Assembly (NCBI GenBank): GCA_905178155.1
Contig: CAJINV010000011.1
Span: 1,822,454 to 1,886,453, forward strand
Reading direction: 5' to 3'
DNA length: 64,000 nt
Source of the DNA: Amoebophrya sp. A120
Lineage: Eukaryota; Protista; Dinoflagellata
Below, one piece after another: positions 1 to 12,442 of this stretch. The notes under the pieces are model-generated. The model did not search any database. It saw only the letters and a program-made list of their open reading frames with translations, and had not been told where the DNA came from. Both the position numbers and the translations under genes were made by a program. Numbering within the stretch: position 1 is the stretch's first letter; every line of letters starts with the position of its first letter.

Positions 1-3000
1 ACTGGCGACCTCTAAATCCTCAACTTCGAACATCATGCGCATCTGCGGGGTCAGACCGATGATCTCACCAGAGACCAGGCACAGCTTCTTGTTGTCGTCC
101 AGGACCTGAAATTATTTGTGAATTATGGGTACTGATTCGTACTGAATTGATCTTTGATGCTCTTTGATTTGATGCACGACGAGACACTCATGATTTGCAT
201 TCCCGCGAGGAGCGCAATGATGTTGTGAGTCTCATCATCTCAACATGCAAACACATAGATACGCAAACCAAAGGAAGTTGTGCTTTGTGTATTCAAAAAA
301 TATAATCCTTCCTAGTACCGTGTTCATCGACTCGATCCACAGTGCATCCACTGGTCCGTTATCCCACAGAAAAAAGCTGGCAGGGCATATTTGTAATGCA
401 AAGATAAATACACAGGAAAATCTGTCATGGGCGGCCTCATAGCATGCTATTTAGGATATCCAATACATTTTTTTTGTCTATTTATTTTTGCATTACAAAT
501 ATGACCTGCCAGTTTTTTTCTGTGTGATATCCGTCGAAGATGATCCAGTGGTGATCCGGACTCTCTGCGTCCCGAACCGCCACTATCAAAAGGAAAAATC
601 CCCCCTCCCCATATCGAAGTGGAAATCTGTGATGCAGGATTTGGATACACAAATCGGATTTGTCTTGCAGTAAGGCATCGCAGCCAGATCCTCGGCCTAG
701 GTCGGGGCGTATAGGTCTAGTTGCTTAGCATTGCAAACGGGTGTCCCCTAGGCGCAACAGCACGCCAAATCGATTCCATAATGGTGCGGAAGCCTTTGCG
801 CTTGTCTTCTTGCAAGACAGACGTGATTTGTGATCTCAAATCAGCAACGCAAATTTTCGGAAACACACCTTTTCGATATGGGGTGGGGGGATTTTTGCAT
901 TCAATAGCCACACGGATCTGCTCACTCCCGATCCCGTCGGTCCACTCATGCGTGAGCTCGTCGAACGCCCCGTAAATTTGCGCCTGCGTGATGGATTTTG
1001 GATTGAGGATGTGCGTTTGCGTCTTCTGGTAAGGCGACTCGTCGTTCCTCTCGGGGGGGCAGAGCACCGTGCAGGCCTTCTGCAACACCCGGTAGTTGCA
1101 GGTCTTACCCCCACCGGTCGGGCCCACCAACATCATACCGTGCCGCACTTGGATCATGTCGAAGAGTTCGAACATCTTCTGGCAGAAATACGGTGTGGGC
1201 TGGAGCTTCGACTCGACCGCGCACTCGTTCAACTTCTCAGCGAGCTGCCCGTAGTCCACTTCAGGTCGGTCGGTGCCCGGGAACAGATCCAGAATGATGT
1301 TCTCGAACAGGGGTAAATCGTCCCTCAAAAATTTCGGCACGTTGACATCCCGTAGGGCCCGGAGAAGGATTTGGAACTCCTCCATGTCCGGGAAGATTCG
1401 CTTCGACCGCCCGGCCGCCTCGATCACCGTCTTCACGGCACGCATGCCGTAATCGTAGTGGTCCTGGGAGGAGAGCTGTTCGGACGCGAGCTTAAAGGTG
1501 GACACCATCTTCTTCGCCATGGCGCGACCACCGGTGAAACCGAAGGCGTAAAACATGATCTCGCCAATCAACGCGTAATCCGGCACCATCATCGCGCAGG
1601 GGCGGAAAAGAGCGGAAAGGTTGTCCGGAAGTTCCGTGCGACCGGCGTAACTGTGAAGTGATTTTAGGTGCGAAAAATCTACAAGCATCTATTCTTGTTA
1701 GAAACCGTTTTGTTCTAAATTTTAGGCCTTATTTTGCAAGAGACAGACCGATTTGCATTTGTGATGAAATCATATTAGGCAAACAGCAACACAGTAAACA
1801 GTTGTTCATCTTACCCTGGGTTCATCGTGATAAACACGTTGAACGTCGGTCGCATCGCGATAAATGAGCCCTCGAAATCCAGTTCCAGCACTTCGCTGTA
1901 ACTGTTCAGCTGCGACTTCCCGCCGAACAGAATCAGCAGCTGCTGCGCGATCACGGACAGCACCTCAATGTAGATCCGGTTGAACTCATCGAAGCAGCAC
2001 CAGGCCCCGCACACGGCCAGCCCCTTGAAGAACTTCCCGACCATGATGTAGTCCATCTCCGGACTGCAGTTGAACACGACGCACTGCTTCGCCAACGCTT
2101 TCGCCAAATCCTTCGTCGACTCCGTCTTCCCCGTCCCGGCCGGCCCGGCGGGGGCGCCACCCAGGTTCAGGGACTGCGCGCCCATCAGCGTCATGTAGCA
2201 CATATCCGTCAACGCGGTGATCACCAACCGAAACGTGTTCCCCAAATACTCGTACCCGTACGGGAAATTTGTCTGCACCATCCGGACCCAGACGTTTTCG
2301 ATCCCCGTGTCGTCCTCCTCCCAGTAGTAGCGTAATTGCGAAATCCACTCGAACGCGTCCTTGCTGTCGACCTTTTCCTCGGTCAATCGCTGTACGACAT
2401 CCTTCGCGTGCACGTCGATGACGACGAGAGCTCCGATACTATGAACTGCAAAAGTATCGTACTCGTATAAATGCATTACAAATTTTCTCAGCATGAGAAA
2501 TGAAATTTGTAATGCTGATTTGCCTTGACAAAGAAATTTGTAATGCAAGACCTGCATTTATACGAGTACGATACTTTTGCACAGCATAGATACAGGTGCG
2601 CTGCAACTTCGTGATCTTCCCTCGGACCAGCATCACCAGGCCCATCAGCTGCTCGCCCAGCTTCTCTATGCATTGCAAAAGTATCGCACTAGTAGAAATT
2701 GCAATACAAATTGGCTCAGCATTACAAATTGAATTTGTAATGCGGATTTGCCTTTAGAAAATGACCTGTAATGCATAAAGGCAGTTAGTACGAGTACGAT
2801 ACTTTTCTTGCCCAGGATATTCTCCCAGTAGCCCGTGACCATGTCGCCCTCAATCGCCTCTTCCACCTCGTTATCAACTGCAAAAATGTCTGGGTCTGGA
2901 AACTTGTGATGCTGGATGGCGTCTCATGATGAGGCCACAAGTGCTGGCTCAGCATGACAAGTTTCTGAGCTTCTAGGTGTTGCCTATTCTGCATGACAAA

Positions 3001-6000
3001 CTGCGTTTTTGCATCACAGAAAAATGATGAAGCTGTTGGGTAACGTGCATGACAGATTTGAGAGTCATGCCAGACAAGCATGACAAACATGCATTCTTCC
3101 AGACCCAGACATTTTTACATTTGATACTCGTCGGTCCAGTGCACCTGCGAACCGTTCAACACGCACTGCCCGGGGTGCTCGAGCACCCACTTGGTCCTTT
3201 CCGTGTCCACATACGTCTCGATACTGGTTTGCATCACCGCGCGAACTGAGTTGCACATTTCCTTTTCTAAATTCCCCATCCACTCCTCCACGTTTCGGTC
3301 CTTCGTTTTCACCTCCTGCGCACACACGATCTTCTCGCCCTCGGAAGAGAAGATCTCCAACACCTGCATCTCCTCCCCGAATGTCACCCGCTTGATGTTC
3401 TCGAACACCTTGCACAGGAATATCCCGTGTAAAAACATTCCCACCCCAGAGCTGCATGCCAAAACAGTTTATCATGCGGAGCCCTATGAGAAGCATTCTC
3501 TCTTCGTGTTTTGAAATTTGTGATGCGAGAATCAGCGTTCTATGATAGATCTGTGATGCTGCTGACCTACCTAAAACAGGACTACACTACAAGGATCGAA
3601 ACTTGTCATGCCAAACAACCAAAGCTGGTTGGTTTGTCTAGCAGGTTTCCCATCTTGACTCTGGTGTGGGGACGTTTTTAATCAGGATAAGGAACGGCTG
3701 CACCCGGGTCGGGTCTTTTGTCTGCGAGAGAATTTCCAGCAATTCGTCGTTGGAGAGGAAGTAAAATCGCGCGAACGCGTCGCGCTTCGTCTGCAGGTAG
3801 TCGTCCAGCCCCTTCTGGACGAATTCTAGGTCGTTGTTCGCGTTCCTCCACTTCTCCAACAGCCCCTCGGTCGATAGAATGTTCAACGCGCCCGGGTTCT
3901 TGTGCACCCGGCCCATCCAGTGCCGCCACAGGTGGTCCACCGCCTTGAACTTTTTCCCCTCGGTGGGTAATTGCTTCATGATATCCGGCGAATCGAAAAT
4001 TGGCTGCAGATACATCCAGGCACGTTGTACCTTCAGCCACATGTCAATGCACTCGGACACGTACAGCAGCTTCACCGCCCACTCCTCGATCTCCTCGATA
4101 AACGGTTTGTTGAACGGGGAAAATTGAATCGCCTGCGTGAGCACATTCTGCTCGTCGAGAATGGCGTTGACCTCCTCCGAGCCCTTGAGGATGTAGGTTT
4201 CCGTGGTCCGGTAGAACTCCTTGCAATCGAACTCGATGGGCTCCCAGTCCGCCTTCATCTTCGCCAACTGCTTTTCGATCTGGAACTCCTTTCCGGACCG
4301 GTCGCCGATGTCGCTGATCTCGGTCACGGTGTTCATCAAACCTAGATCGATGAAGTTCTGCAAGGAGAAATTCTCCATTTCCGGATCTATGGTCACCCCC
4401 ACCAGCTCGCTGATCTGGGTCCAGTGTCGCTCCTTCATACCCTCGTTGCGCATCGCGACAATTAAAGGCACGTACTGTTGGAAATCGGCCAGCTCCTCCT
4501 TGATCTGTTCCGTGATCGCCAAGACCCCCTTGTAATCCTCTCCGCGAGCCGTGAACGCCTTGGTGGCTTTGAACAGCAATTTGATGCCGGTGTTGGTCCG
4601 GTCCTCGCAGTCCTTGGCCTCGATCGCGTCGAACTTGCCGGAAAAGTACGCTTTTTTCTTGTTCTGCCAGTCCGACGCCTGCTTCCACAGGATCGAAAAG
4701 GGTTCCCAGTCGCGCTGCATCACCGTCAGGTTGCCGTAGTCGTGCGGCTCCATATCCAGTGCAGATATGTCTGGGTCTGGAAAGATGCAACTTGTGATGC
4801 CGCCTTTGGATCCTACATAACATCTGTATTGCATCAACAGCAACAGAGGTGCAGTTTTTGCTACGCGGAGAGGGCATCTCTTATGCGGTATGAGCATCAG
4901 AACAAAGCCCTCGCAGAATCTCTGGTGCTAGGGCATGCATCACAGACCTCTGGGGTCTGTCCTCGTGGGTCAATGGTCATGCAAAATCTGCATGACAAAC
5001 TCCTGCATTCTTCCAGACCCAGACATATTTGCAATGCATATTCCACGCCGAAGAGTGACTCCTTCAGGTTGAACAGCTTCGAGGTCTCCTGGTTGGATTT
5101 CAAACGCTCGGAGATGCTCTCGGCAGAGTCGTTGATGGACTGGGAGTCCGACAGGTCGGTGAAGTTGACGAAATTTGCAATGTCCTCTTCCAACTCGTGC
5201 AGCGTGTTGTCGAAGTGGAATTGCTCATCCTGAATCTCGCGGAAGAAGCTCTTCATCGTGTCCGCGTGCTCTTGCTTCACCTGAAAGTAGAAGTTTGTCA
5301 ACATGCGAAGAGTTTTGCAAATGTGCAGTTGCAGGCAGACCTGCTTTGCGAGCACCATGAAGGTAGGTGTATGCAAACATGAGGCTCTTCAGTAGCACCA
5401 GTTTCATTCAACCGCTGCACTACTAGCAGATGTTGAACCTCCTCCTCCTGACAGAAAGACCATAACCAATTGCATAGATATGCATTTCGATTCATTTTCC
5501 TATTGAATTACCTCTGCAATGGTGTCCATGATATCCTTGGTTCCCTTGAAACAGCTCCATTTCAGGTCTGTGGCGTCTTGTGGCACCTTCAGCCTGAAAT
5601 CTTCGACAAGGATGTCGTAAACGTCGAAAACTTTTTTTGCTTCCCCATTATGCATTGCAAAAGTATCGTACGTAGTGTAAAATGTAAATCGCATGGCAAA
5701 TTTTTCAAGCAGGAAAATCAAAATATGTAATGCTGAATTAGCTATAGAAACCAGATCTGTCATGCTGTACTGCGATTAGTACGAGTTGTACGATGCTGTT
5801 GCATTCGATACACTTCGAGCTTTAGCAATTCCCCAGGCACGGTTTCCATGTACTCCTTGATTTCGGCCAGTTCTTCGACGTCCTTTGGCGCTTTCTTCAA
5901 CGAGAGCTTAATCTTCGTGTACTGTGCCATCAGCGTCTCGGCCATCTCACGATACCTGCACGGATTTCATTTGTGCGTACGAGTGAACAAACTCTACTTT

Positions 6001-9000
6001 TGATGGCGCCGAGCACGACGAGATGTTGAAGATTGATGATGTTCACGTACCGACTTCAACTTGTATAAATGCAAAAACAGATTTGAAATGAAAACACAGA
6101 AAAGCAAAGCGCAGCAGACAACTGTTATTACCTTTTATCCAGCAACTTCAGCAGCTCTCCCGCGATGCTGTTGTGCTTTTTCGCGAAGAGATTTCTGGCC
6201 TCCGAGAGCGAGATTTCGTACAAGCCTGCCGTGATGCTTTCTGGCAGGGATTCCATAATGGCGTGTTCCTTCTCCTGCTCCTCGTGTATGTGTTTTGCGA
6301 TGTCCTGCACGGACGCGGGGTTTTCCTCGTCCTGCTTGCTCGCCACAATTTCTGCCACGTCCTGCTGAAGCGGCTCGAGGTACGGAGTGATCAGCTTCCT
6401 GTAATCCTCCAAACGGGCGGCACCGTACCTGGTTTTATTTTGCAGGGTCAGGGATTTTTTTCGAAAAAACTAACAAGGATATGAGTTGTACTACATCATA
6501 CATAATGTGCTGAGCGGCTGTACTAGTCGACATTTCATTCCCCTTCACATTTTTTTTCTAAATCGAGATCAACATGATCGGAAGCAATCCTAAGCTGCAA
6601 TACGGTTGCATCATTTTCTCTAATCTTTTCTTGACCGCGACCACCTTCTCGTCCGACGGGTGCGTGGTCTCGATGTTTTTCGGCGGGTCCGTTTTTCGCA
6701 CGAATTGCGACATCACCAGGGGTTCTGGCTGCGAGATGTCGGCCATCGTGACGAGCGCGGAGTCGATGACCTCCGTGACCATGGTCAAAAAATCCGCCCC
6801 GTTGGCGCTGTACGCCGCCTGGAACGTGTTTTGCTCCTTGTTTTCGTTTATCAAATGCAAAAGTGTCTGGGTCTGGAAGCTTCTGAGACTTGTCATGCAC
6901 GTTTTGCATACGCCATGATGTCTGTGATGCATGCCGTAGCATCACAGATTGTTCGCGGGGTTCTTGATGCCTCTTTCGCATGACAAATCCAAATGCCCTA
7001 TCCGCGTAGCAAAAATTAGAATTACATTCCCTTTGCTACTCATGCAATACAAATTCTTTTGGAATCCAAAGGCAGCATCACAAGTTGCATTCTTCCAGAC
7101 CGAGACACTTTTGCATTTGATATCGTTCACCTTCAGCTCCATCAGGAAAATCCCCGCCACGTCGTCCCTGGAAAGCTATGCAAGGAAAAAACTGTGTAAG
7201 TGTAACTTTGTGTTGCAGAAAATGCAAAACCGTTGCACTCGTCATCCTGGACATGCATCAGAGGTAATTTCCGTGCGTGTTCTCACGTACTAGCTGCGCA
7301 TGACAGGTTTTCTGTGTCATGCAGAGCAAACCTGTGATGCTATTCCCCCAAGAAACTTACACTTACACAGTCTTTTTCCTGGATAAAAGCCCGTTCAGGA
7401 TCATTTCCGGCGTCGGTGTGCGGAAAGCGACTTCCACCTCCTTCAGACTCTTGATCGTGCACTTCGTCGGCGTGTAGTTCACGATCTTCTGCTCGTACGC
7501 CTGAATGCTGGCGCGAACCACCTCGAATATGCTGGTCTCCATGATGAAGCGAATCATGGTGAGCAGCTTCTTGATCTTGCCGTATTTGTACGTCTCAGCG
7601 TTGGTTTCCTTAATGGAATACCTGAAATTGGGAACAAAAACAAATTGCGATCATTTTGCTTGGGACTTCATACATGCACTTGACCTCTTTTAGGCACGAA
7701 ACCGATGTTGAAATCTGCATACTTACACAACGGAAAGCGAAACAAGTAGGTCGCGAGCAAACTCCTATAATACCATCCCTTCTGCACGTCTTCAAAATTG
7801 GTGACCACCACCTTTTTCAAGTCCAGCACCCACTCCTTACACCTGCTCAGCATCGCGTTTATGCTTTGCGTCTGCAGCGTTCGGAACTGGTCGATCCGCG
7901 CGTTGCGCGGGAACTTGGTCTGGAAAATCTTCGTGCCGTAGGATTTCTCCAGCGCGAGACAGGCTTCGCGGATCTGCACCAACGTCGTTACCACTTGTGG
8001 CTTGACGTAGAGCGAGGAGAAGCAGAACTGCGCAAATAGGTTCGTGAAATTGTATGCCGGCACGGGGTGAAGCGCGTAGAACTTCGCGGGCTTCCTAAAT
8101 GCGTTCACCGACGCGTAGCTCGAGTCCACGTCGGGCGCGCCCGTTATGGCCTGCTCCTCCATTTCGGCGAGGGGGGACAACCCCTTCGCCTCGCCGGTGA
8201 CTAGTAGACACAGCCGGTTCAACACGCGACCGTAGTCGAGTTTTACCTCGTTGACCAAACTTTCCACGAAGTGATCCATGCCGTTGCTGCACAGCTCGGC
8301 GCTGGACCGCGCGTTCTTCTTCAGTCTAGCGACTTGGTCCACGTTCAGTGTGGAGATGCCGTCCGTCGGCACGTTGTCCACGTAGAAAAGAAACTTGATG
8401 TGCGAGGCCACGAGCTGTCGCTGGCGGAAGGCGTTGGCGACGCGGTCGGCGTAGGCCACCGGGTCCTCGCCGTCGAAGAAAAAATCTAAGCGGGACAGGA
8501 AGCACGGCGTCTCGTCGTCGTACCACAGTCCGTAGAAGTAATTCGTGTCGTCCCCTTCGTACTGGTAGATCACGCACGCCTCAAACGACCCGTCCGCCTC
8601 GCCGCCGACGCGCAGACCCTTGGCCTTCAGCCCGGTGCGCTTCTTGCTGCCCTTCGGCGGCTTGGGAATCAGCGTCATCCACTCGCGCGGCTTGCGGACG
8701 TCGTACTCCGTGTCGTTATGCACTGCAAAAGCATCGCACTCGTATTGCAATTTATGCACTATCTTTTTCTTACGGTAAATCAGCATTACAAATTCTACTT
8801 GTTGTTGTTTTCTCATACTGAGGAAATTTGTCATTGTCATGCATTTGTACGAGTACGATACTTTTGCAGTGCATAGTCGTCGAAATCCAGCAGGTCAAAA
8901 TCGTTGGAATCCAACTGGGACTCCTTAATGCCCTTGGGGTATGCAGAGAAAAAAATTTTTACTCGGAATTAATATACACGTTCTGTGCCACCTGTTGCTA

Positions 9001-10038
9001 CTGAAAAAGCCGCTGGCGATTGAAGGTCAAACAGGATAAAAATGCAATGGAAAATGCAAAAAATGTGCACACGACACAGAACGTCGAATTTAGCATTTTA
9101 TCTTTCCCCTTCCATACTTTCCTGTCGAGCTTCACTTTCCGGTTCCGCAAGCTGCGGTTGCTTTCCTGCACGAAGTCGGCCATACTTATGCCCCGGTCGC
9201 GGAACAGCTCCTCGGGGTTCAGGCTCGCGAAGTACCGCTTTTGTCGCTCGACCGTCACCTTGCGGGGCTTGGTGCCGGGGGCGTGCGCGTACACCTCGAT
9301 AACCTTCGGCTATGCAATGCAAAAGCATCGTACTCGTACTAATTGGAGCTATAATGCATTGCAAATTTTTTCTTAACGTAGATCCACATTACAAATTCAA
9401 TTCAATTTGTAATGCTGAGCCAATTTGCATTGCAATTTATACTAGTACGATGCTTTTGCATTGCATATCGGCTCGATGGAGCCGATTTCTACTATCTGGG
9501 AATCCGGATACGCCAGATCCAATGCCTTCCCGTCGATTACCGTGTCTGTACCTGAAAGATGACATCATTTTTCACGATGCTAAACCTGAAACGCATCCAT
9601 AACCTAACCATAACCAAAACTACACGTACATCTACGTGTACATGTAGGTGTACATGTTGTGCCGCATTACAAATTCAATCTGCCATCCAAACACATCAAA
9701 CCTTATCCTTGATATTCTGTACTTATCAACTTATCCGCGGAGCTGCGTTCCTGCCTGCCTTCGCCGTTGAGCGCCTTTATCTTGGTTCGCCCGGCGGCCT
9801 GCAGCTGCTCCAAATACGCGTTGCTGCGGCTGCGGCTCTCGTCGGACATGCGAAAGCTGCTGGCGGCCGCGCTGCCGTGCGTCCGGATGGGGCCCTCCCG
9901 CCAGCCCGGGCCCATGCGGCACCCCTCCACGTCCTCCTCATTGTGCTGGCGCAGGACCTCGGAAAAGATGCCCCGCTGCCGCGACTTCGGTTGCGGCTTC
10001 GCCGACGAAGAGGACGCTTTCGACGTGGGACCCTCCAT
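1..10038 (-). CDS. DNAH1: Axonemal inner-arm dynein heavy chain (DNAH1-like); N-terminal tail, linker, AAA1 and most of AAA2; continues past the window's left edge; about 21 exons
   Basis: Spliced translation gives [52 protein letters not shown] and [28 protein letters not shown]. The N-terminal [11 protein letters not shown]...[14 protein letters not shown] resembles DNAH1. GT-AG introns read at 106-318, 1651-1814, 5281-5511, 5956-6131, 6429-6603, 7622-7773, 8933-9117 and 9552-9722, plus the 12 non-canonical introns listed separately. Start codon uncertain. Confidence 0.92.
360..529. mobile_element. Introner (TIR element acting as non-canonical intron) in dynein
   Basis: TAT...ATA ends, ~55-bp inverted repeat, 5-bp direct repeat ACGGA (gene sense). 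Removing the element plus one repeat restores FDGPVDA. Confidence 0.92.
584..906. mobile_element. Introner in dynein
   Basis: TAT...ATA ends, IR core AAAAATCCCCC.CCCCATATCGAA, direct repeat GTGGC. Removal restores EQIRVAVRD. Confidence 0.9.
2440..2588. mobile_element. Introner family A in dynein
   Basis: IR TATG...TGCAAAAGTATCGTACTCGTATAAATGCA, direct repeat GTATC. Removal restores [13 protein letters not shown]. Confidence 0.93.
2667..2819. mobile_element. Introner family A in dynein
   Basis: TAT...ATA ends, IR core AAAAGTATCG.ACT.GTA, direct repeat GAGAA. Removal restores GYWEKLGEQL. Confidence 0.9.
2872..3126. mobile_element. Introner family B in dynein
   Basis: IR TATCAA.TG.AAAAATGTCTGGGTCTGGAA, direct repeat ACGAG. 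Removal restores VHWTDEVEEAI. Confidence 0.93.
3421..3689. mobile_element. Introner family C in dynein
   Basis: IR TATCC....TAAAAAC.T.CCCAC.CCAGAG, direct repeat TTCCT. Removal restores [12 protein letters not shown]. Confidence 0.92.
4753..5040. mobile_element. Introner family B in dynein
   Basis: IR core TGCA.ATATGTCTGGGTCTGGAA, direct repeat TGGAA/TGGAG. Removal restores LFGVEPHDY. Confidence 0.9.
5649..5810. mobile_element. Introner family A in dynein (decayed direct repeat)
   Basis: TAT...ATA ends, IR TGCAA.AG.ATCGTAC. Flanks AAGTG/ATGGG match 3/5, but removing element plus 5 bp keeps the frame. Confidence 0.8.
6849..7122. mobile_element. Introner family B in dynein
   Basis: Near-perfect IR TATCAAATGCAAAAGTGTCT.GGTCTGGAAG, direct repeat AACGA. 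Removal restores LKVNENKEQ. Confidence 0.93.
7177..7385. mobile_element. Introner in dynein
   Basis: IR TAT.C.AGGAAAAA.ACTGTGTAAGTGTAA, direct repeat GCTTT. Removal restores ILNGLSRDD. Confidence 0.9.
8717..8875. mobile_element. Introner family A in dynein
   Basis: IR TATGCACTGCAAAAG.ATCG.ACTCGTA, direct repeat ACGAC. Removal restores LDFDDTEYD. Confidence 0.93.
9311..9467. mobile_element. Introner family A in dynein
   Basis: IR TATGCAATGCAAAAGCATCGTACT.GTA, direct repeat GCCGA. Removal restores SIEPKVIEVY. Confidence 0.93.
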
Positions 10039-11766
10039 CGGTTTCAGGATGTGATGTGCAAGCGGAAGAAGTGCCGGCTGGCTCCTGCTTTCTTCACCTC
10101 TCCGTGGTGCGTCGGTGGCCCTCGTAGTTTCGCAGGTCCTGCTTTATGCTGGCGGAGAGACCCGAGGAAGGAAGATCACGGGCTCCTCCATACGGAGGAC
10201 GACGTCGGTGTTGAGCATCTTTAATTTTTGTCTATCTTCATCACATGCCCTTGTGGCCGATCGGCTGACCCTGCTGACCTCCAGCTACAAAATGGATGAT
10301 GGAAAATTTGCCATACTGCATAAGACATGCAGTGACTTACTTTTAGAACAAGAAGTGGCGCAGCTGGGTGTTACACAGCAGGCTCGTGAAGACGACGCGA
10401 AACAAGAGCCAGCTGTGAGACTTTAATGCAAAGATCCCGGCGTCATCTTTAGCTTTGCCTGCAGTCGGGGCATGCTAGTTGATGCTGCGCTCTATCAATA
10501 CGATTCTCCAAGCGAACAAAAAACGCCCCTTCGACTTTTTGTCTTACGTCGCGCTCTTCTCGTGCTCCTCTCATCTCATCTTTGCTCATTCTCATTCTCA
10601 TTCTCGCTTCTCGAAGTTGTGGTCGAAATATGTAATGTTGCTCCAGGGTCTACCGCGGTGGCAAGGTCACTCGAAAACACTATAAGTAGATGGCCTTTCA
10701 ACGCATTAAGACCACTCTGCAACAGAGGACATGTCTCGAGGTCTAGAGCTCTTCTTCTGCAGGGTGCTCAACGCCTCATACCTAGCGCAATCGCTTCAAC
10801 TTACAGAACCTCCCAACGACGAGCGCAGGCGGTCAAGGCAAGGTGGCGGCGCCATTTGCGGCGGCGGTGCCCAACCTGTATCGATCGAAAGAACGACTCC
10901 GCTGGGCCGCCGGCCCACAGTCTCTCTGTGTCCCCGACCAGAGGGCCGGCGCCTTGGCCGCTCCCCTCCCAAAAACGACAGCGGGCACACCCGCCGGTAG
11001 GGGGAGGCTGGCAATTTATTTGCGCGGCGCGCCGCGCCCCGCCCAACAATAGACTTCACCGCAGACAGTCTGGACGAGGGAGGGCAGAATGAAATACGGG
11101 CGCCCCAACGGGCGCACGCGGCAGCAACTGCGCGGGCCGGGGGTGGCACACGAGGCCGGGCGGGCCGACCGGTATCGTACTGGCGCAATGAATCCGCGCG
11201 GCAGAGGCCGCCGGGGGGGCGGCATAGGGGGGCAAGGCAGGGAGGGCCCGGACGGGGCGGCCTCGCCTGCTGCCTGCCTACTTCCTTGGCCTTGGGCGGG
11301 CGCCATCACTTCCTGCTTCGTATTTATTGCTTTGACTTCGCAGCCAGCAATGGCCGCCGAGGCCGCGTCGCACAGTCCGAAGACAAATCCCGAGATGCCC
11401 GCGCCCCGCGTGATTCTGACCGCGCCGGCATCAGAGACCTCGCACGCCGGTGCGCGAATAGGGCGCCGTCGCAGGTACGCCCTTTCATCCAGCATACCTT
11501 AGCTGCACAAAGGCAAAGTCGTGGCGCTGCCACTACTTTATTTGGTGCCGCGAAACAACAACAGCGGCGCCCTCCTACTCGGAGGTAGCCCGCCGAACGA
11601 CCCTGCTTCCAACGCGTGCGCCGCTTCGTTCACACATCAACACGCCCGGAAAGGGTAGCGCATGGCGCTCTGTGGCACGCCTAGGGTCGTGGAAGCATGA
11701 TGGGGAAGCGAATGCTTTCGACACCGCTCGCGAGCCCGACTGCAAGAAGCCATTTTTGACTTGATC

Positions 11767-12260
11767 AACGAACGAAGATATTTCTACACCTTTTCTCACA
11801 CTCAGTTTTCATTTTCCCCATTACCACCTCTCACGTATCTATTCTCGCCTGGTGTCAGTACTTCGAACATAGATTGAAAAACCGAAAAGAATGAAGATCT
11901 TGGATCTCCTCCTCGTGGTTTTTATTTACCACTGCTGCTTTTTTACCCTGTGGCTGCCTTGTTCGGACAGTGAAATGTTGCATCAGGAGCTTTCGTTTTT
12001 GTACGCAAGACGAAAGAGACGGAAAAACCAGATTTGTAATGCGGAACGCCAAAAGTTGACAAACAGAGATTATTTTTCCACATGAACATAAAAAAGAGCT
12101 TGACTTTTGTGCCCGTTTAGTCGTGTTTCACCAATCTGTCATGGTAAATAAAAGGCGAAATAGAGTGTGGCTTGCTGCTGTGGCGCGTGTGGGCAGCAAT
12201 GCAGATTAAAAATCTGTGATGCTGAAAGAGGAAAAGTTTGTTCTTTTTCCGAGGCCTGAT
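11767..12260. repeat. 3' terminal direct repeat (pseudo-LTR) of the retroelement
   Basis: 494 bp, AACGAACGAAGATA...GAGGCCTGAT. I found only 3 substitutions versus 18390-18883. Confidence 0.95.
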
Positions 12261-12442
12261 TAGAAACGCCATAAATAAGATTCCTTGCTCTTCGAAAAGT
12301 AAAACGACAACCATAAAAGACTTACTATACCACTATTGCCTTGCGTTAACTAAATATCCTGATGGGGTTCAACATGCCGTCGCGTAAGTGCATTACAAAG
12401 GCTTCTATGTAGCATTTTCGGAGTAGCGACGGAGCGAGGAGT

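Noticed and set aside
10038-10219. Stop-codon reassignment, suggested by an upstream ATG in frame with dynein exon 1 across a single TAA
   Set aside because: Thousands of conserved codons in this window contain no in-frame stops. One case is compatible with chance or a uORF.
721-10426. Plus-strand ORFs over the dynein gene
   Set aside because: Antisense shadows of GC3-rich coding exons.
11767-12442. Hammerhead ribozyme expected in PLE repeats
   Set aside because: No CTGANGA...GAAA core found by eye. The nearest is CTGATGC (~11980-11986, minus), with GAAA on the wrong side. A covariance-model search is still needed.
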